From the IMG/VR virus record IMGVR_UViG_3300036770_008442, positions 32,001-96,000 of that record: a stretch of DNA of 64,000 bases; one strand, 5' to 3'. Shown piece by piece: positions 10,730-20,790 of this stretch (the stretch's first letter is position 1; every line of letters begins with the position of its first letter). The stretch comes from a virus. The notes under the pieces are model-generated. The model was not told the origin of the DNA, ran no database searches, and saw only the letters and a list, made by a program, of their open reading frames with translations. The translations under genes and the position numbers were made by a program.

Positions 10730-13700
10730 TTATGGGCCAGTTGCATAAGTAAATGAAACAACTAAGGGAGCTGGTGCACCAGGAATACTAGCTGGAATAG
10801 GGGCTGTTCCCCCTGTTGCAGGGACGTCATAAAAACTTAGATCCAAAGGAGCAGAGGTGGTGAGGGATGCACTAGCAGTGGAGGGAATAACCCGATAATA
10901 AAAATTAGTAATATTGGGATCTGAAGAGTTGTTTAATTGGTCTACGGCAGACTCCAAAACCAGATAAGCAGAAGCACCAGTTGATCCAGTAGTTCCAAAG
11001 GTTACCCCCGTTGGAAATGGAAATGTTTCAGCCCCGGTACTAATTTTTATATGATCCCCAATCTTAGAACTGTGGATTTCATATCCTCCAAGCCAGCCAC
11101 TCTCATACCCGAAATCATCCCAGGAATGAGCATATGCTTCGTCCCAAGATGGATCCGTAAAAGTCTCCCAGTCTAAGAACTTGGTTCCGAAATATTTCAA
11201 ATTATCAACCGGCAGATTACCTTCTGCTGGATCCCAATTGACATAGGAGGTTCCCCCCGTAACTCCACCCGATAGAAAACTATCACTAGAAACCAAAATT
11301 AGAGATCCGGTTAAATTAACAGTTAAGGACTTGTCGTTTCCAATACTTCCACTGCTAGGATCTGCCACTATATTAATAGTAGCAGGATCTGAAGAAGGGG
11401 AAAGAGACTGGGCAAAATAATCAGGTTGAGTTGTGACCTTATTTATTTCTTCGATAATGGAATTAACAGTTGCCTGTAAATTAGATCCGGATGAAGTTGC
11501 TCCTATCACTCGTCCATCCACAGAAACAGATATTCCTCCACCTCCCGTAGTTTTTTGATCCGGATAAAGATCAGGCAAGACGTAATATCCAGTTCCCCCG
11601 ACTATGGAGGAAATTCCAGAGGTCAGACCAACCCCAATCTCATTATTAATGACATAAGGAACCTGAAAACTGTAACCAGTAGCTCCTTCAGGAATTATAA
11701 CTTTCCAAGACTTATTTAGGGTCGGGATAGATCCCGTTATGAATATATTTTCACCCGAAATGAAGTTATGCGGTTCCGTGGTGTGAATGGTAGCAAATCC
11801 ATATTGATCACCAGATATAAATTTAGAATACGCCTTGCTTATAGTCAGAATATTTTGGTCTATAACAAAGTTACCAGATGCACCCACGGAAGGAATTTGG
11901 GCAAGAACTGATAAATTTTGGCCATCCACTGCGTTATTTCCGTAAATAGCGAAATCCAGAATTTCCTCAGGTATTTCCTTGGTTAGATCAGAGTATGATT
12001 TTCCCTCTGCTGGATATTCCCAAATAGAATCATAATCGTCCCAAGAACGGATAGTCTGATCCCAGATGTATCTTTCATTTTCTCTATATCTTGTCCAGGC
12101 ATCAATTTGAATTGTTCTAGGAGAAACATTTATAGCCTGTTTCCTTATTTTTCTATTTTTAAAATTGAAAGAATCATAGATGTAACAGGTTACATCATAG
12201 ATACCAGGATAAGGTAAAAAATGTGCTAGCTTGTAAAAATTAAAAGCATAACCGCGATATGAGAAATAATATGGACTGCCGGATTGGGTTGGTGATTTTT
12301 GTATGATCCATTCTATTTCATTATAGGTCGAAAAATCAATGGAGTCCCAAGTTAAAGCTTGATTATCGAAGCTAAAAGCAGGCAAAGACATAGAGTCCCA
12401 GCTCATGCCCATTTCAGCCCAGTCCCAGGTGTCAACCTGGAGTTCTAAAACCAAAGGCATTCCGATAGGATTGATATAGGGATCTCCAGTAACTGGATCT
12501 AGGTCCGAAATAGGATCTTGAACGTTATCCCCCAGATTTTCTAAAAGCCCATTCTCCTTATAATAATAGAATTCAGAGATAGCGTTAATGAGGGATAAAT
12601 TCTGATTCTTATCGTATCTCTGTCCATTATGGAGGGGATTAACAATATTGCCAAAATCCGAGATGGGAGCGTTATTGACATTAATAGATCCTGTTAATTT
12701 CACAGGATTTATAGATGAATAATAATACAGAGTAGATTGCTCTTGAGGATTCAGATCCAGGACGACAGATCCGGTGGAGGCTCCATTGTTCAAAATCCCC
12801 AATGGATCAACCTGGGTTAATCCAGGATCAGTGGTTATATAAAAATCATACCCACTGGTTAGAACGTTAAAAATGTATTTTTTGCCTCTTGATAATTCAA
12901 GGGTGCTGTTCAATTTAGGAGAAGTCGAGAACAAAAAAGCATCTCCTGTAGGACCAACAACAGTCACCCCAATTTCAATAGCATCATCATAATTCATAGG
13001 GGCCTGAATAGAAATTGGACTAGTCCTCGTTCCAAATGCTCTAAGATCTTCAATAAATCCAAAATCTGGGTTTACGACAAAATCAATATTATTGCCAGAG
13101 GTAATATCATATCTCTCAACAAAATCAGTCCATTCCTTCGCATTATAGATGTTGTAATAAACTCCTTCCCCTGTAATATCAATAATTCTTGCATTTAGTG
13201 GCAGATAAGATTTTTTCAATCTTTCCTTCAGAGCAAAAAGTTTTAGGAGAACCTCTTCCTGAGTAAATGCGAATGCTTCCGGGGTTATGGGGTATCCATA
13301 ATCATCTAAAAGATCGGAAGTTCTATTGATATCATAATACAGGCCAAAGAGAGAAGTCTTTTTATAGGTTCTGCTAGGAACTAAAGTATTTTCAGACGAA
13401 ACGTCTAAAATATATTCACCATCCTCGTTTGGCCCATATGTTTGCTCCAGTCTGTATTTTCCACTGTTCTCATTGTCTAAGACATCAGCAATTAGAACTG
13501 ACTGATTAGCAGTTATGCTATTATCATAATTATCTAGAAAAATCTTATTCTCCTCCAGAGGAGTTAATTGAGTTTGATTAAACTGAAGATTCAGCCAGTA
13601 CTCCTTAATCCTAAGATCTTGATATCCAAAAAATTTAAGAGCACCAATTAATCCTTTGTAACTACCGATATAGGGAAAAATCTCTTCCCCCGCTACCATT

Positions 13701-14776
13701 AATTCTTTTCTCTTCTCGTTAATCTCTAAATAGTTTGGGAGTGGCTCGTTAGGATCATGATTTCTTAAAATAGGAGAATCAGATCCAAAGAAAGCTCTAC
13801 CTAAGTTTTTTGTCAATACATCAAGTCTTGAGTCTTCTCCTATTACCTGTCCATAAAAAAGTATCTCAGCAACCTTGGAAGGGGAATCATAAGTAATGTC
13901 TTCAATTATGAGTCTTCTCTCGTAGATTTCGGCAGCTATTTCTGGAGCCCCAAGAGCAACATTTACACTCAAAGCCCGAGAAGGAGTTGCCGATTCTGGG
14001 GTAACAATATACCCGAAAGAATAGGAATCTGATGGATTTTTAATAACAGGAAAAGCTATGTTTTCATAGTTCTTAATCGAAGGATCCCCGTTCAAATCAG
14101 GATCGTTTTCAACTATTTGGTAGGTGAAAATAATATTTGAAACATCGGTATTTCCATATGTTTGATTTTCCCACCGTGTTCTCCATAAAGGATTAGAAGC
14201 AGATCCAGTTGCACCCGTGTGGGGCAAACCCACGAAAGGACTATTAGTGGAAGAATCTCTAAATTCCTGAACAATAAAAATCTGCTCATTTTCAAAAAGT
14301 CCAGCAGAAACAGGCTCGAAAAAAACGGATCCCGTAAAATATCCGCCGGGAAGATTTTGGGTCAAACACTCCAAGTATGCGGTATTTCCATCGGAAATGA
14401 TGGTTGTTCCGAGAACACGGGAGAAGTTAATTGTAAGAATAGTAGCACCGATAGAAATAGAGGAGATTTCACCTTCCAGAATATTAGCAGGGTAAAATGT
14501 AGTCTTCAGAATTATCTTTCCTCCTTGAGAAATCTGGGTATTAATCGTATTTGCCCAAAGGGTCAAATCGTACCCATTCATATCTTTCTTATTCAGATAG
14601 ATAATATTAGAAGAGATGTCATAAAGTGAAATTCCACCCTGGGGTGGCGAAGCACTATAAGAGGAGCTCTCGTAATTAAAAGTATATGTTAGAGGTGGCT
14701 CTGCACTGGGTCCAACGTATTCAAAATTTAAGGGATGACCTCTTTTATCGAAAAATTTAAGATTCCTGTTTGCCAT
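10730..14776 (-). CDS. Baseplate wedge protein (T4 gp7-like) with accessory domains, 1348 aa
   Basis: IFPYIGSYKGLIGALKFFGY resembles the gp7/gpI core. Lies after the gp25- and gp6-like genes. Confidence 0.6.
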   Translation of the reverse strand: MANRNLKFFDKRGHPLNFEYVGPSAEPPLTYTFNYESSSYSASPPQGGISLYDISSNIIYLNKKDMNGYDLTLWANTINTQISQGGKIILKTTFYPANILEGEISSISIGATILTINFSRVLGTTIISDGNTAYLECLTQNLPGGYFTGSVFFEPVSAGLFENEQIFIVQEFRDSSTNSPFVGLPHTGATGSASNPLWRTRWENQTYGNTDVSNIIFTYQIVENDPDLNGDPSIKNYENIAFPVIKNPSDSYSFGYIVTPESATPSRALSVNVALGAPEIAAEIYERRLIIEDITYDSPSKVAEILFYGQVIGEDSRLDVLTKNLGRAFFGSDSPILRNHDPNEPLPNYLEINEKRKELMVAGEEIFPYIGSYKGLIGALKFFGYQDLRIKEYWLNLQFNQTQLTPLEENKIFLDNYDNSITANQSVLIADVLDNENSGKYRLEQTYGPNEDGEYILDVSSENTLVPSRTYKKTSLFGLYYDINRTSDLLDDYGYPITPEAFAFTQEEVLLKLFALKERLKKSYLPLNARIIDITGEGVYYNIYNAKEWTDFVERYDITSGNNIDFVVNPDFGFIEDLRAFGTRTSPISIQAPMNYDDAIEIGVTVVGPTGDAFLFSTSPKLNSTLELSRGKKYIFNVLTSGYDFYITTDPGLTQVDPLGILNNGASTGSVVLDLNPQEQSTLYYYSSINPVKLTGSINVNNAPISDFGNIVNPLHNGQRYDKNQNLSLINAISEFYYYKENGLLENLGDNVQDPISDLDPVTGDPYINPIGMPLVLELQVDTWDWAEMGMSWDSMSLPAFSFDNQALTWDSIDFSTYNEIEWIIQKSPTQSGSPYYFSYRGYAFNFYKLAHFLPYPGIYDVTCYIYDSFNFKNRKIRKQAINVSPRTIQIDAWTRYRENERYIWDQTIRSWDDYDSIWEYPAEGKSYSDLTKEIPEEILDFAIYGNNAVDGQNLSVLAQIPSVGASGNFVIDQNILTISKAYSKFISGDQYGFATIHTTEPHNFISGENIFITGSIPTLNKSWKVIIPEGATGYSFQVPYVINNEIGVGLTSGISSIVGGTGYYVLPDLYPDQKTTGGGGISVSVDGRVIGATSSGSNLQATVNSIIEEINKVTTQPDYFAQSLSPSSDPATINIVADPSSGSIGNDKSLTVNLTGSLILVSSDSFLSGGVTGGTSYVNWDPAEGNLPVDNLKYFGTKFLDWETFTDPSWDEAYAHSWDDFGYESGWLGGYEIHSSKIGDHIKISTGAETFPFPTGVTFGTTGSTGASAYLVLESAVDQLNNSSDPNITNFYYRVIPSTASASLTTSAPLDLSFYDVPATGGTAPIPASIPGAPAPLVVSFTYATGP

Positions 14777-14778
14777 AA

Positions 14779-15309
14779 TTAAAATACCCTCTTATTATTA
14801 AAAGGAACTGTGTAATTGAAAGTGTTTCTAATCTGTTTGACTGACTCGACCAGAGCAAAAACTATCTTTTGAAGCGAAAATAGGATCTCTGTTCTTTTAG
14901 GATCCCTAAAAATCACATTCGACATGGTCCGAGGAAATATTTGTTCCTTGTAATTAAAACCCTCCTTAACTCGATCATAAGCAGAATCTCTAATATCAAA
15001 TAGATTATCGGTGGGATCGAATTGATAATATCTCCTTTCCATATTATTCTCATTTATGCTCTTCATAATCGAAGTATAAACACTTACAGAAGAACAAGGA
15101 CCATATAGCATATCTCCCTTTGCATTAATAGTTGCTTTTCTATATCCACTGCAACCTATATTATAAGATCTTTCCTCTGCCTGAGCAATAGTCGGATAAA
15201 GATCGTTGTTCGTTTCAAAAACGGGAGTAGATGTCCGGTAAACTATTTTTCCAACATTATAGGAGTTCTGTTTTTCCTTCTCTAAATAAGGGCTATAGTT
15301 TCTATTCAT
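14779..15309 (-). CDS. Hypothetical protein in baseplate operon
   Basis: 176-aa ORF abutting both neighbours (1-2 nt gaps). Confidence 0.6.
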   Translation of the reverse strand: MNRNYSPYLEKEKQNSYNVGKIVYRTSTPVFETNNDLYPTIAQAEERSYNIGCSGYRKATINAKGDMLYGPCSSVSVYTSIMKSINENNMERRYYQFDPTDNLFDIRDSAYDRVKEGFNYKEQIFPRTMSNVIFRDPKRTEILFSLQKIVFALVESVKQIRNTFNYTVPFNNKRVF

Positions 15310-15310
15310 G

Positions 15311-17041
15311 TTATCTATTGTTCGATATAAGTCTTGATTTCGTTTCAGAATTTAATTCATTCAAGAAATTTCTGGGATTAATAGACACAATGGAAATATT
15401 CAGAGCTGAAGGCTTACCTGAAACTATTCCTTCCTCGTAATAAATACCATTTCGATCTGCCCAGCCTCCCCTCATCAGGATAAGTTCTCCGTTTTTAATA
15501 ATGACATCACCAAAATCATCCAATCCAATCTGTTTGTTCTTCTGTTCATTACTAGCATTCTCCAATCCATCAATTATAGTGTGATAATTTTCATTCTCTT
15601 GTCCTATGAAATAAAAAGAAACAGAGTCAACACCTTCTATGGATTCTATAATAGCTATGATGTCTGATTTTGGTATACGATCCCTTCTTTTATTATTGAG
15701 CATATATTCAGAAATAGAAGATCTGACCTTATCTTTGACTAATTCTGGATCGTATCCTTCGAAAATAGACATAACCACATTTCCTACAAATCTTCTAATT
15801 TCGGGCTCAATGATCTTCACTACTGTTGTCGCTATCATTCTGCCTGAATCCTCTATCAGATTTAGAATCGAAAGTTTTTGAGAAGAGGTTAAAAGAAAAT
15901 TAGATTCAGGGATATCAAAATAATCCTGATTGCTGGTCATACTTATGGTCACATCAGGAACTAGAAAAATGTAAACAACGTTATCATCATCTAGGTATTC
16001 ATCATCAAAAGTTGAAAAGGCCTGAATCTGAGAAAAGATATTAAATTTCTGCAGAAATATTTCATAGTTTTCCGCATTAGCGAAAACAAAGGATCTACTT
16101 GTTTTGGGTGCTACTAGTCTTGTGATTTCTATTGGCTCTGGATCAGATCCAAAGGAGGGATCAAGAACTCCCAAAACTTTTAAATAATTGTCCAGATTAA
16201 CAGTGTTTCCAAATAAATCTTCCCCGGGATCTAAGAATTTGTAGGTTAGGGTTTGATCTGGTCTACTTTGAATATTTCCACTAAATCCAGAGGTCTGTAG
16301 ATATTCTATTCTAATACTAGATCCCGCCTGGGGAATTTTTCCGAAATTAGAATTTCCGAAGTAAATATCTATTCCCTCCTGAATCCCGGATCTAACTAGA
16401 TATCCCTCTCTGTTTAAAGGAATATCATATAATGATTCGTATTTTTTCCATTTGTTTCCATTCACATAAACATCAACATAGAACTGATCTATTAAAGCAC
16501 CGGATTTAGAAGGAAGATTATAGCTTTGCAGTGCCCTACCAGTTCCAGTAAAAGTAGCAGACCCAAATGCACCCTGAACTATCTTGAAATTGAAAGAGGA
16601 TGATCTATTGAGCGGGACCTTAACAGAAGGGGATCCCAATAAAAGAGTATATGGCAGACCGTTTTGAAGGCATTGAATTCGAGGAGTTCCTCTTAAAACA
16701 ACAGCTCCACCTCCAACATCAGACTCCTTTAGATTCCATGCTATGGATACTTCCCCCTGTGCAGACATACCCCGAACTGGATCATATCCAGATATCCTAG
16801 CTAAACTTTTGATAGAATAGCTTCTTGTCGCCTCCTGCATATTCAGTTCTGTGATAGAATCCTCAATAAAATAAAGTATAAGCTGGGAAAGATTTTCAAG
16901 AACAAATAGGATTTGTCCCCAAGCAGAAGCAACAGTAAAAACGTTACGGGACTGACTATAAGTACGCTGTAAAAACTGGTAGGAATCATTTAAGAGACCT
17001 CCTATGAGAATATTGTTCTTTTTAAAAATATTTTCCGCCAT
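15311..17041 (-). CDS. gp6: Baseplate wedge subunit (T4 gp6 / baseplate J-like)
   Basis: ATRSYSIKSLARISGY, IYFGNSNFGKIP, IEYLQTSGFSGN, GSDPEPIE..R..AP are typical gp6 motifs. Confidence 0.85.
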   Translation of the reverse strand: MAENIFKKNNILIGGLLNDSYQFLQRTYSQSRNVFTVASAWGQILFVLENLSQLILYFIEDSITELNMQEATRSYSIKSLARISGYDPVRGMSAQGEVSIAWNLKESDVGGGAVVLRGTPRIQCLQNGLPYTLLLGSPSVKVPLNRSSSFNFKIVQGAFGSATFTGTGRALQSYNLPSKSGALIDQFYVDVYVNGNKWKKYESLYDIPLNREGYLVRSGIQEGIDIYFGNSNFGKIPQAGSSIRIEYLQTSGFSGNIQSRPDQTLTYKFLDPGEDLFGNTVNLDNYLKVLGVLDPSFGSDPEPIEITRLVAPKTSRSFVFANAENYEIFLQKFNIFSQIQAFSTFDDEYLDDDNVVYIFLVPDVTISMTSNQDYFDIPESNFLLTSSQKLSILNLIEDSGRMIATTVVKIIEPEIRRFVGNVVMSIFEGYDPELVKDKVRSSISEYMLNNKRRDRIPKSDIIAIIESIEGVDSVSFYFIGQENENYHTIIDGLENASNEQKNKQIGLDDFGDVIIKNGELILMRGGWADRNGIYYEEGIVSGKPSALNISIVSINPRNFLNELNSETKSRLISNNR

Positions 17042-17046
17042 TTCTT

Positions 17047-17418
17047 TTAACTTAGTTTCAAAACAATTGCTGGGGATTCATTGCTATAATCCGGTAAATA
17101 GAAATCCAAAAAAGCTATATCTCTATTTACCCCCTGATAAAATTTGAGATCAAAATATCCTCCCAATTGTGAAAAAAGGGGAACATAAATTCTTAGATGG
17201 TCATTGATTCTTTCTTTTAGGCTTTCTTCTGAAAGATCCATAGAAAACACTAATTCGTCAAGATTTAAACCAAATTTAGGATCACCCAATACTTCCCCTT
17301 TATTGGTTAAAAGAATCATTTTAATTTGGCCAATACAAACGTCAGTAGGTTTTGTGACCTCTACAATATCCTGTTTGTAATTAAAATCTTCTGGGTCCTT
17401 ATTGTAAATCTCAACCAT
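17047..17418 (-). CDS. gp25: Baseplate wedge subunit gp25-like (start moved to ATG 17418)
   Basis: IKMILLTNKGEVLGDPKFG matches the GPW/gp25 signature. Confidence 0.85.
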   Translation of the reverse strand: MVEIYNKDPEDFNYKQDIVEVTKPTDVCIGQIKMILLTNKGEVLGDPKFGLNLDELVFSMDLSEESLKERINDHLRIYVPLFSQLGGYFDLKFYQGVNRDIAFLDFYLPDYSNESPAIVLKLS

Positions 17419-17447
17419 TGGGAATCTAAAATTTCCCAATATATATC
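17417..17447 (-). promoter_or_regulatory. GATATATA motif joined to an 8-bp hairpin that includes the gp25 start codon
   Basis: Minus strand reads GATATAT-ATTGGGAA-ATTTTAGA-TTCCCAAT-G. Arms are 17440-17433 and 17424-17417. Confidence 0.6.
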
Positions 17448-17451
17448 GAGA

Positions 17452-18228
17452 TCAATTCCACTGCAAGAAATACGACGGAGTGTTTTCTCCGTTGATCATA
17501 TCCATCACTTCTTGCAGCTCCTTTTCTCCGTCAGATCGGAGTTCAGATGTGTTAACACTGATTCCCCCAGGTAAATTATAATTGAAAGCACTAAGAACTC
17601 TGGAAAGGCTGATCTTGGATTTAGCCAAGCAATATCTGATAAAAAGTTCGTCATCATAAAGGTCATCATCATCAATGGCAACAAAACAACGAACTGCAAC
17701 ATCCATTCCATTCTGATCATACCCCGTTCCGACTCCTGTCGATCCAGATCTATTTGGATCTCTTCCCAAAATTGTTAGTTTCTTGGTGTTCTTATTCCAC
17801 TTAAAAGCGTAAGTAGGGAGAAGATAGGCTTGAGCTAAATCAAAATAAGAGTACATGACCGTCCGGTAAACAAGATTATCTCCAGTAAAAGGGGATAGGA
17901 GAAGTTCAGATCCTAGAAGTTTAGAATCACCGAAATCCCTATCTGGGTTTCCTGAGATCCCCATCCCATTCACCTCCCTAACGTCATAGACACTCACAAT
18001 TCTTTCAGGGAGATTAATCTGTCGGGTTTTTCTAAAACTTGGATTCGAAAAAAGATTATTGGCCAAAATAAAAACCCTATCTTCCACTGCATATTGATAA
18101 TTATCATACATGTATTGCTTTGCCCTTTTGACAATACGATGAATCTCATCATCATTTAAGTTATAAGGCAAAGAACAACTAGCTGAAATGTCGTCTTTGA
18201 TCTCTTGTACCAATTCTTCTAAAGTCAT
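17452..18228 (-). CDS. Neck/head-completion protein (T4 gp13-like), start moved to ATG 18228
   Basis: C-terminal FIRYCLAKSK...NYNLPGGISVN...DGEKE matches the gp13 'LPGGV.lnG' pattern. Confidence 0.75.
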   Translation of the reverse strand: MTLEELVQEIKDDISASCSLPYNLNDDEIHRIVKRAKQYMYDNYQYAVEDRVFILANNLFSNPSFRKTRQINLPERIVSVYDVREVNGMGISGNPDRDFGDSKLLGSELLLSPFTGDNLVYRTVMYSYFDLAQAYLLPTYAFKWNKNTKKLTILGRDPNRSGSTGVGTGYDQNGMDVAVRCFVAIDDDDLYDDELFIRYCLAKSKISLSRVLSAFNYNLPGGISVNTSELRSDGEKELQEVMDMINGENTPSYFLQWN

Positions 18229-18229
18229 C

Positions 18230-19627
18230 TTAGTAATTTTGATTTTTAAATTTAATTCTAGAAATGGGATTGTTAAGATCCTTGAGTCTAGAATCAGAAA
18301 TGAACCGGTCTTGCCTAATTTCATTGAAGTCCTTAATCTCCTCGGTTTCCTTGCTAACTTCAGCACTACTCCCGATATCTGCTTTTCTAATTACCCCTCC
18401 ATCAACCCGACAATTAATCATTTTTCGGGGAGAATCAATATAGCAAGATTCCAACAAATTCCCATAATCTGCGTTGGTATTATGGATCTTACTGTGAAAT
18501 ACTTTATTAGAATTTATGATCTGTGATTCCTGAATTTCAGAATCTCTAACCTCACAGCCATATAAATTGCAATTAATAAGCTTAGAATTTTTTATTTTAC
18601 AATTAATAAGATCCAGATCTGTCAGAAATGAAGCACCCTTACACTTGGCATCTTTGAGCTGGAATCTTCCATTGCTCGTGTCATAATTAAAAAAAGCATG
18701 CTTGACGTTGCCCTCGACTATGATATCAAAAACCTTTTCCCTAATAAAAGGAAAATAGGTCTTAATATTTTCATCAAATCCTTTTAAATCAACCAGAAGA
18801 TGAAAATCAGGAAAATTGGTAAAAAATGATTCGACGTCAGAAAAACTCCGGACTACCTTGGTGTAATCCCTCATCATTTCCTGGAGCTTTTCAAGATCTG
18901 CTTTACTATATGGCCTTCTATTGGAGAGAAGATCGTACAGATAAAGGACTACATAATCAACAACCTCCCTGATAGCAGAGATCTTTTTCTCATAGTCCCT
19001 TCCCCCTAGATATCTTATTTCAATATAACCCTTTGGAATTTTAGAAAAATTAGCACCGTAATACTTCTCCTCTGGAACTTTAAATAATCTAGGATCTATG
19101 GATGAAATGTTTTCTAGGATAGAAAATCTATTTCTTGGGACTATTTTTTTTACAGATTTAGCGTAAACGTTATTAGTTCTATTGCCAAATTTAGAATAAA
19201 TAAGTCCTTCATCGATCCCTAGAATGAATTGGAGTTTATCCAATTCTTCCATCCTTTTAAGTTCCCTATTTGATCTATCAAAACTGATGGAAAATTGAAA
19301 AGCACACTTATCATCGGTCCATCCATTTTCATCTATCCACCTTAAGGTTTTAATCAAAATAGGCATAGCCTCCTGATAAGAAAGAGGACCTGTAATAAAT
19401 TCGTTCATTTTAGAACCACCCGAATAATCTGGCTCGAGTTTAAAAGACTCAGAAGTAACCGGTATTTTAGAGTGATATTTGCTACTCAGAACTACCTTTT
19501 TACCTAGAATCTTTTCAAGCCCTTCCGTTATTCTGCCTCTAGTTAGGTCCGAATAAAATTCAAACTCAAATCCGATTTTAGAATCAGAAAGAGCACCAGA
19601 TTTATCGAAATGGGAACGTTCAGCCAT
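18230..19627 (-). CDS. Putative amidoligase (COOH-NH2 ligase fold) with C-terminal beta-helix-like repeats
   Basis: IGFEFEF, LEPDYSG, EFITGPL, KYYGANF, YIEIRYLGG. C-terminal 5-residue periodicity (LINCKIKNSKLINCNLYGCEVRDSEIQESQIINS). Confidence 0.7.
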   Translation of the reverse strand: MAERSHFDKSGALSDSKIGFEFEFYSDLTRGRITEGLEKILGKKVVLSSKYHSKIPVTSESFKLEPDYSGGSKMNEFITGPLSYQEAMPILIKTLRWIDENGWTDDKCAFQFSISFDRSNRELKRMEELDKLQFILGIDEGLIYSKFGNRTNNVYAKSVKKIVPRNRFSILENISSIDPRLFKVPEEKYYGANFSKIPKGYIEIRYLGGRDYEKKISAIREVVDYVVLYLYDLLSNRRPYSKADLEKLQEMMRDYTKVVRSFSDVESFFTNFPDFHLLVDLKGFDENIKTYFPFIREKVFDIIVEGNVKHAFFNYDTSNGRFQLKDAKCKGASFLTDLDLINCKIKNSKLINCNLYGCEVRDSEIQESQIINSNKVFHSKIHNTNADYGNLLESCYIDSPRKMINCRVDGGVIRKADIGSSAEVSKETEEIKDFNEIRQDRFISDSRLKDLNNPISRIKFKNQNY

Positions 19628-19630
19628 TTA

Positions 19631-20785
19631 TTATTCTTTAGGTTTTGCAAATAATTTACCCATTACTGGATCCACCTCATAGATTTCAACTTCAATCTTA
19701 TCGCCAGTTTTAAGCGATTTATGCTCTCTTGTCATTCTTGCCTGCGGAATAACAGCCATAATTCCCATCCCGTTTAGCTCAATCAAAGCTCCATTTTTCC
19801 TTCTGTGCTTCAGAGTTGCCATAGAAGATATTGGACCGCTTTCTTCTATCTCTCTCTTCATATCATACAGTTTTACTGTTTTTTCTATCGGCTCCCCGAA
19901 AGTGAGAGTTAATTTATTATCGTCCTTTACCTCTTTGATGTAGAATTCAATTTCATCTCCGGGTCTAAATCCCTTCACAACCTCATTTTCAAATTCGGTC
20001 TTATGGATTAATCCTGTGTAAACATCCTCCCATTCAACAAAAACACCAAATTCTGATGTGCCAGTTACATATCCTTTGTATTTTTTAGTTAAATCCAATT
20101 CCTGGATTTTGTCATCCATAATCTTTTGGAGATATTTCTTATACGAGACCACGAAGATATCTTTCTGCGGTACATATCCATCTATCATAACATAAATACT
20201 TTTTCCCACATAAGATTCAAAATCGCTGATTTTATTGGCAGCAGCTAGAGATCCGGGCAAAAAGCATTCTAGACCTTGGACTTCTACCATATATCCGCCC
20301 TTGTTGACAGATTTTACAGTTGCTTTGTAGGCTAGGGTTTCTTTTTCTATTTGTTCAAAAAACTCAGTTCTAGTGTTGTTAATAAATCCATCTACAACAG
20401 ATCCATAATAGGTGCTCATAACTTTTCTGACAGTGGCGTGGATTTCATTACCAACCGAAAAATCTATTCCAGTAATACTTAATCTTTTGGCGTCTTTAAA
20501 CTCTTTTACGAGATCTATGTAAACCGATTGTCCACCGTTTGTTTCTGCAATAGCATATTCATCATTGCTAAAAACAACTCTACATTCGTAAGAATGCCCA
20601 CTAGTTAAATCTTTGGAAATATCACTATCTCCGATTTCATTAATATATTTATTATAAGTATCCTGAGCGTAAGGCTCATGACAATAGACTTTGGACCCGT
20701 CCCGGGTTTTTACTTTACGATTAACAACATAACCATTGAGTAGATTCCAATCGAAGTCTTCGATTGGGCTTGAAAAATTAGACAT
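19631..20785 (-). CDS. rpsA: Ribosomal protein S1-like protein (about four S1/OB domains)
   Basis: VNKGGYMVEVQGLECFLPGS and GYVTGTSEFGVFVEWEDVYTGLIHKTE are typical bS1 domain motifs. N-terminal PIEDFDW. Confidence 0.85.
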   Translation of the reverse strand: MSNFSSPIEDFDWNLLNGYVVNRKVKTRDGSKVYCHEPYAQDTYNKYINEIGDSDISKDLTSGHSYECRVVFSNDEYAIAETNGGQSVYIDLVKEFKDAKRLSITGIDFSVGNEIHATVRKVMSTYYGSVVDGFINNTRTEFFEQIEKETLAYKATVKSVNKGGYMVEVQGLECFLPGSLAAANKISDFESYVGKSIYVMIDGYVPQKDIFVVSYKKYLQKIMDDKIQELDLTKKYKGYVTGTSEFGVFVEWEDVYTGLIHKTEFENEVVKGFRPGDEIEFYIKEVKDDNKLTLTFGEPIEKTVKLYDMKREIEESGPISSMATLKHRRKNGALIELNGMGIMAVIPQARMTREHKSLKTGDKIEVEIYEVDPVMGKLFAKPKE

Positions 20786-20790
20786 TTATT

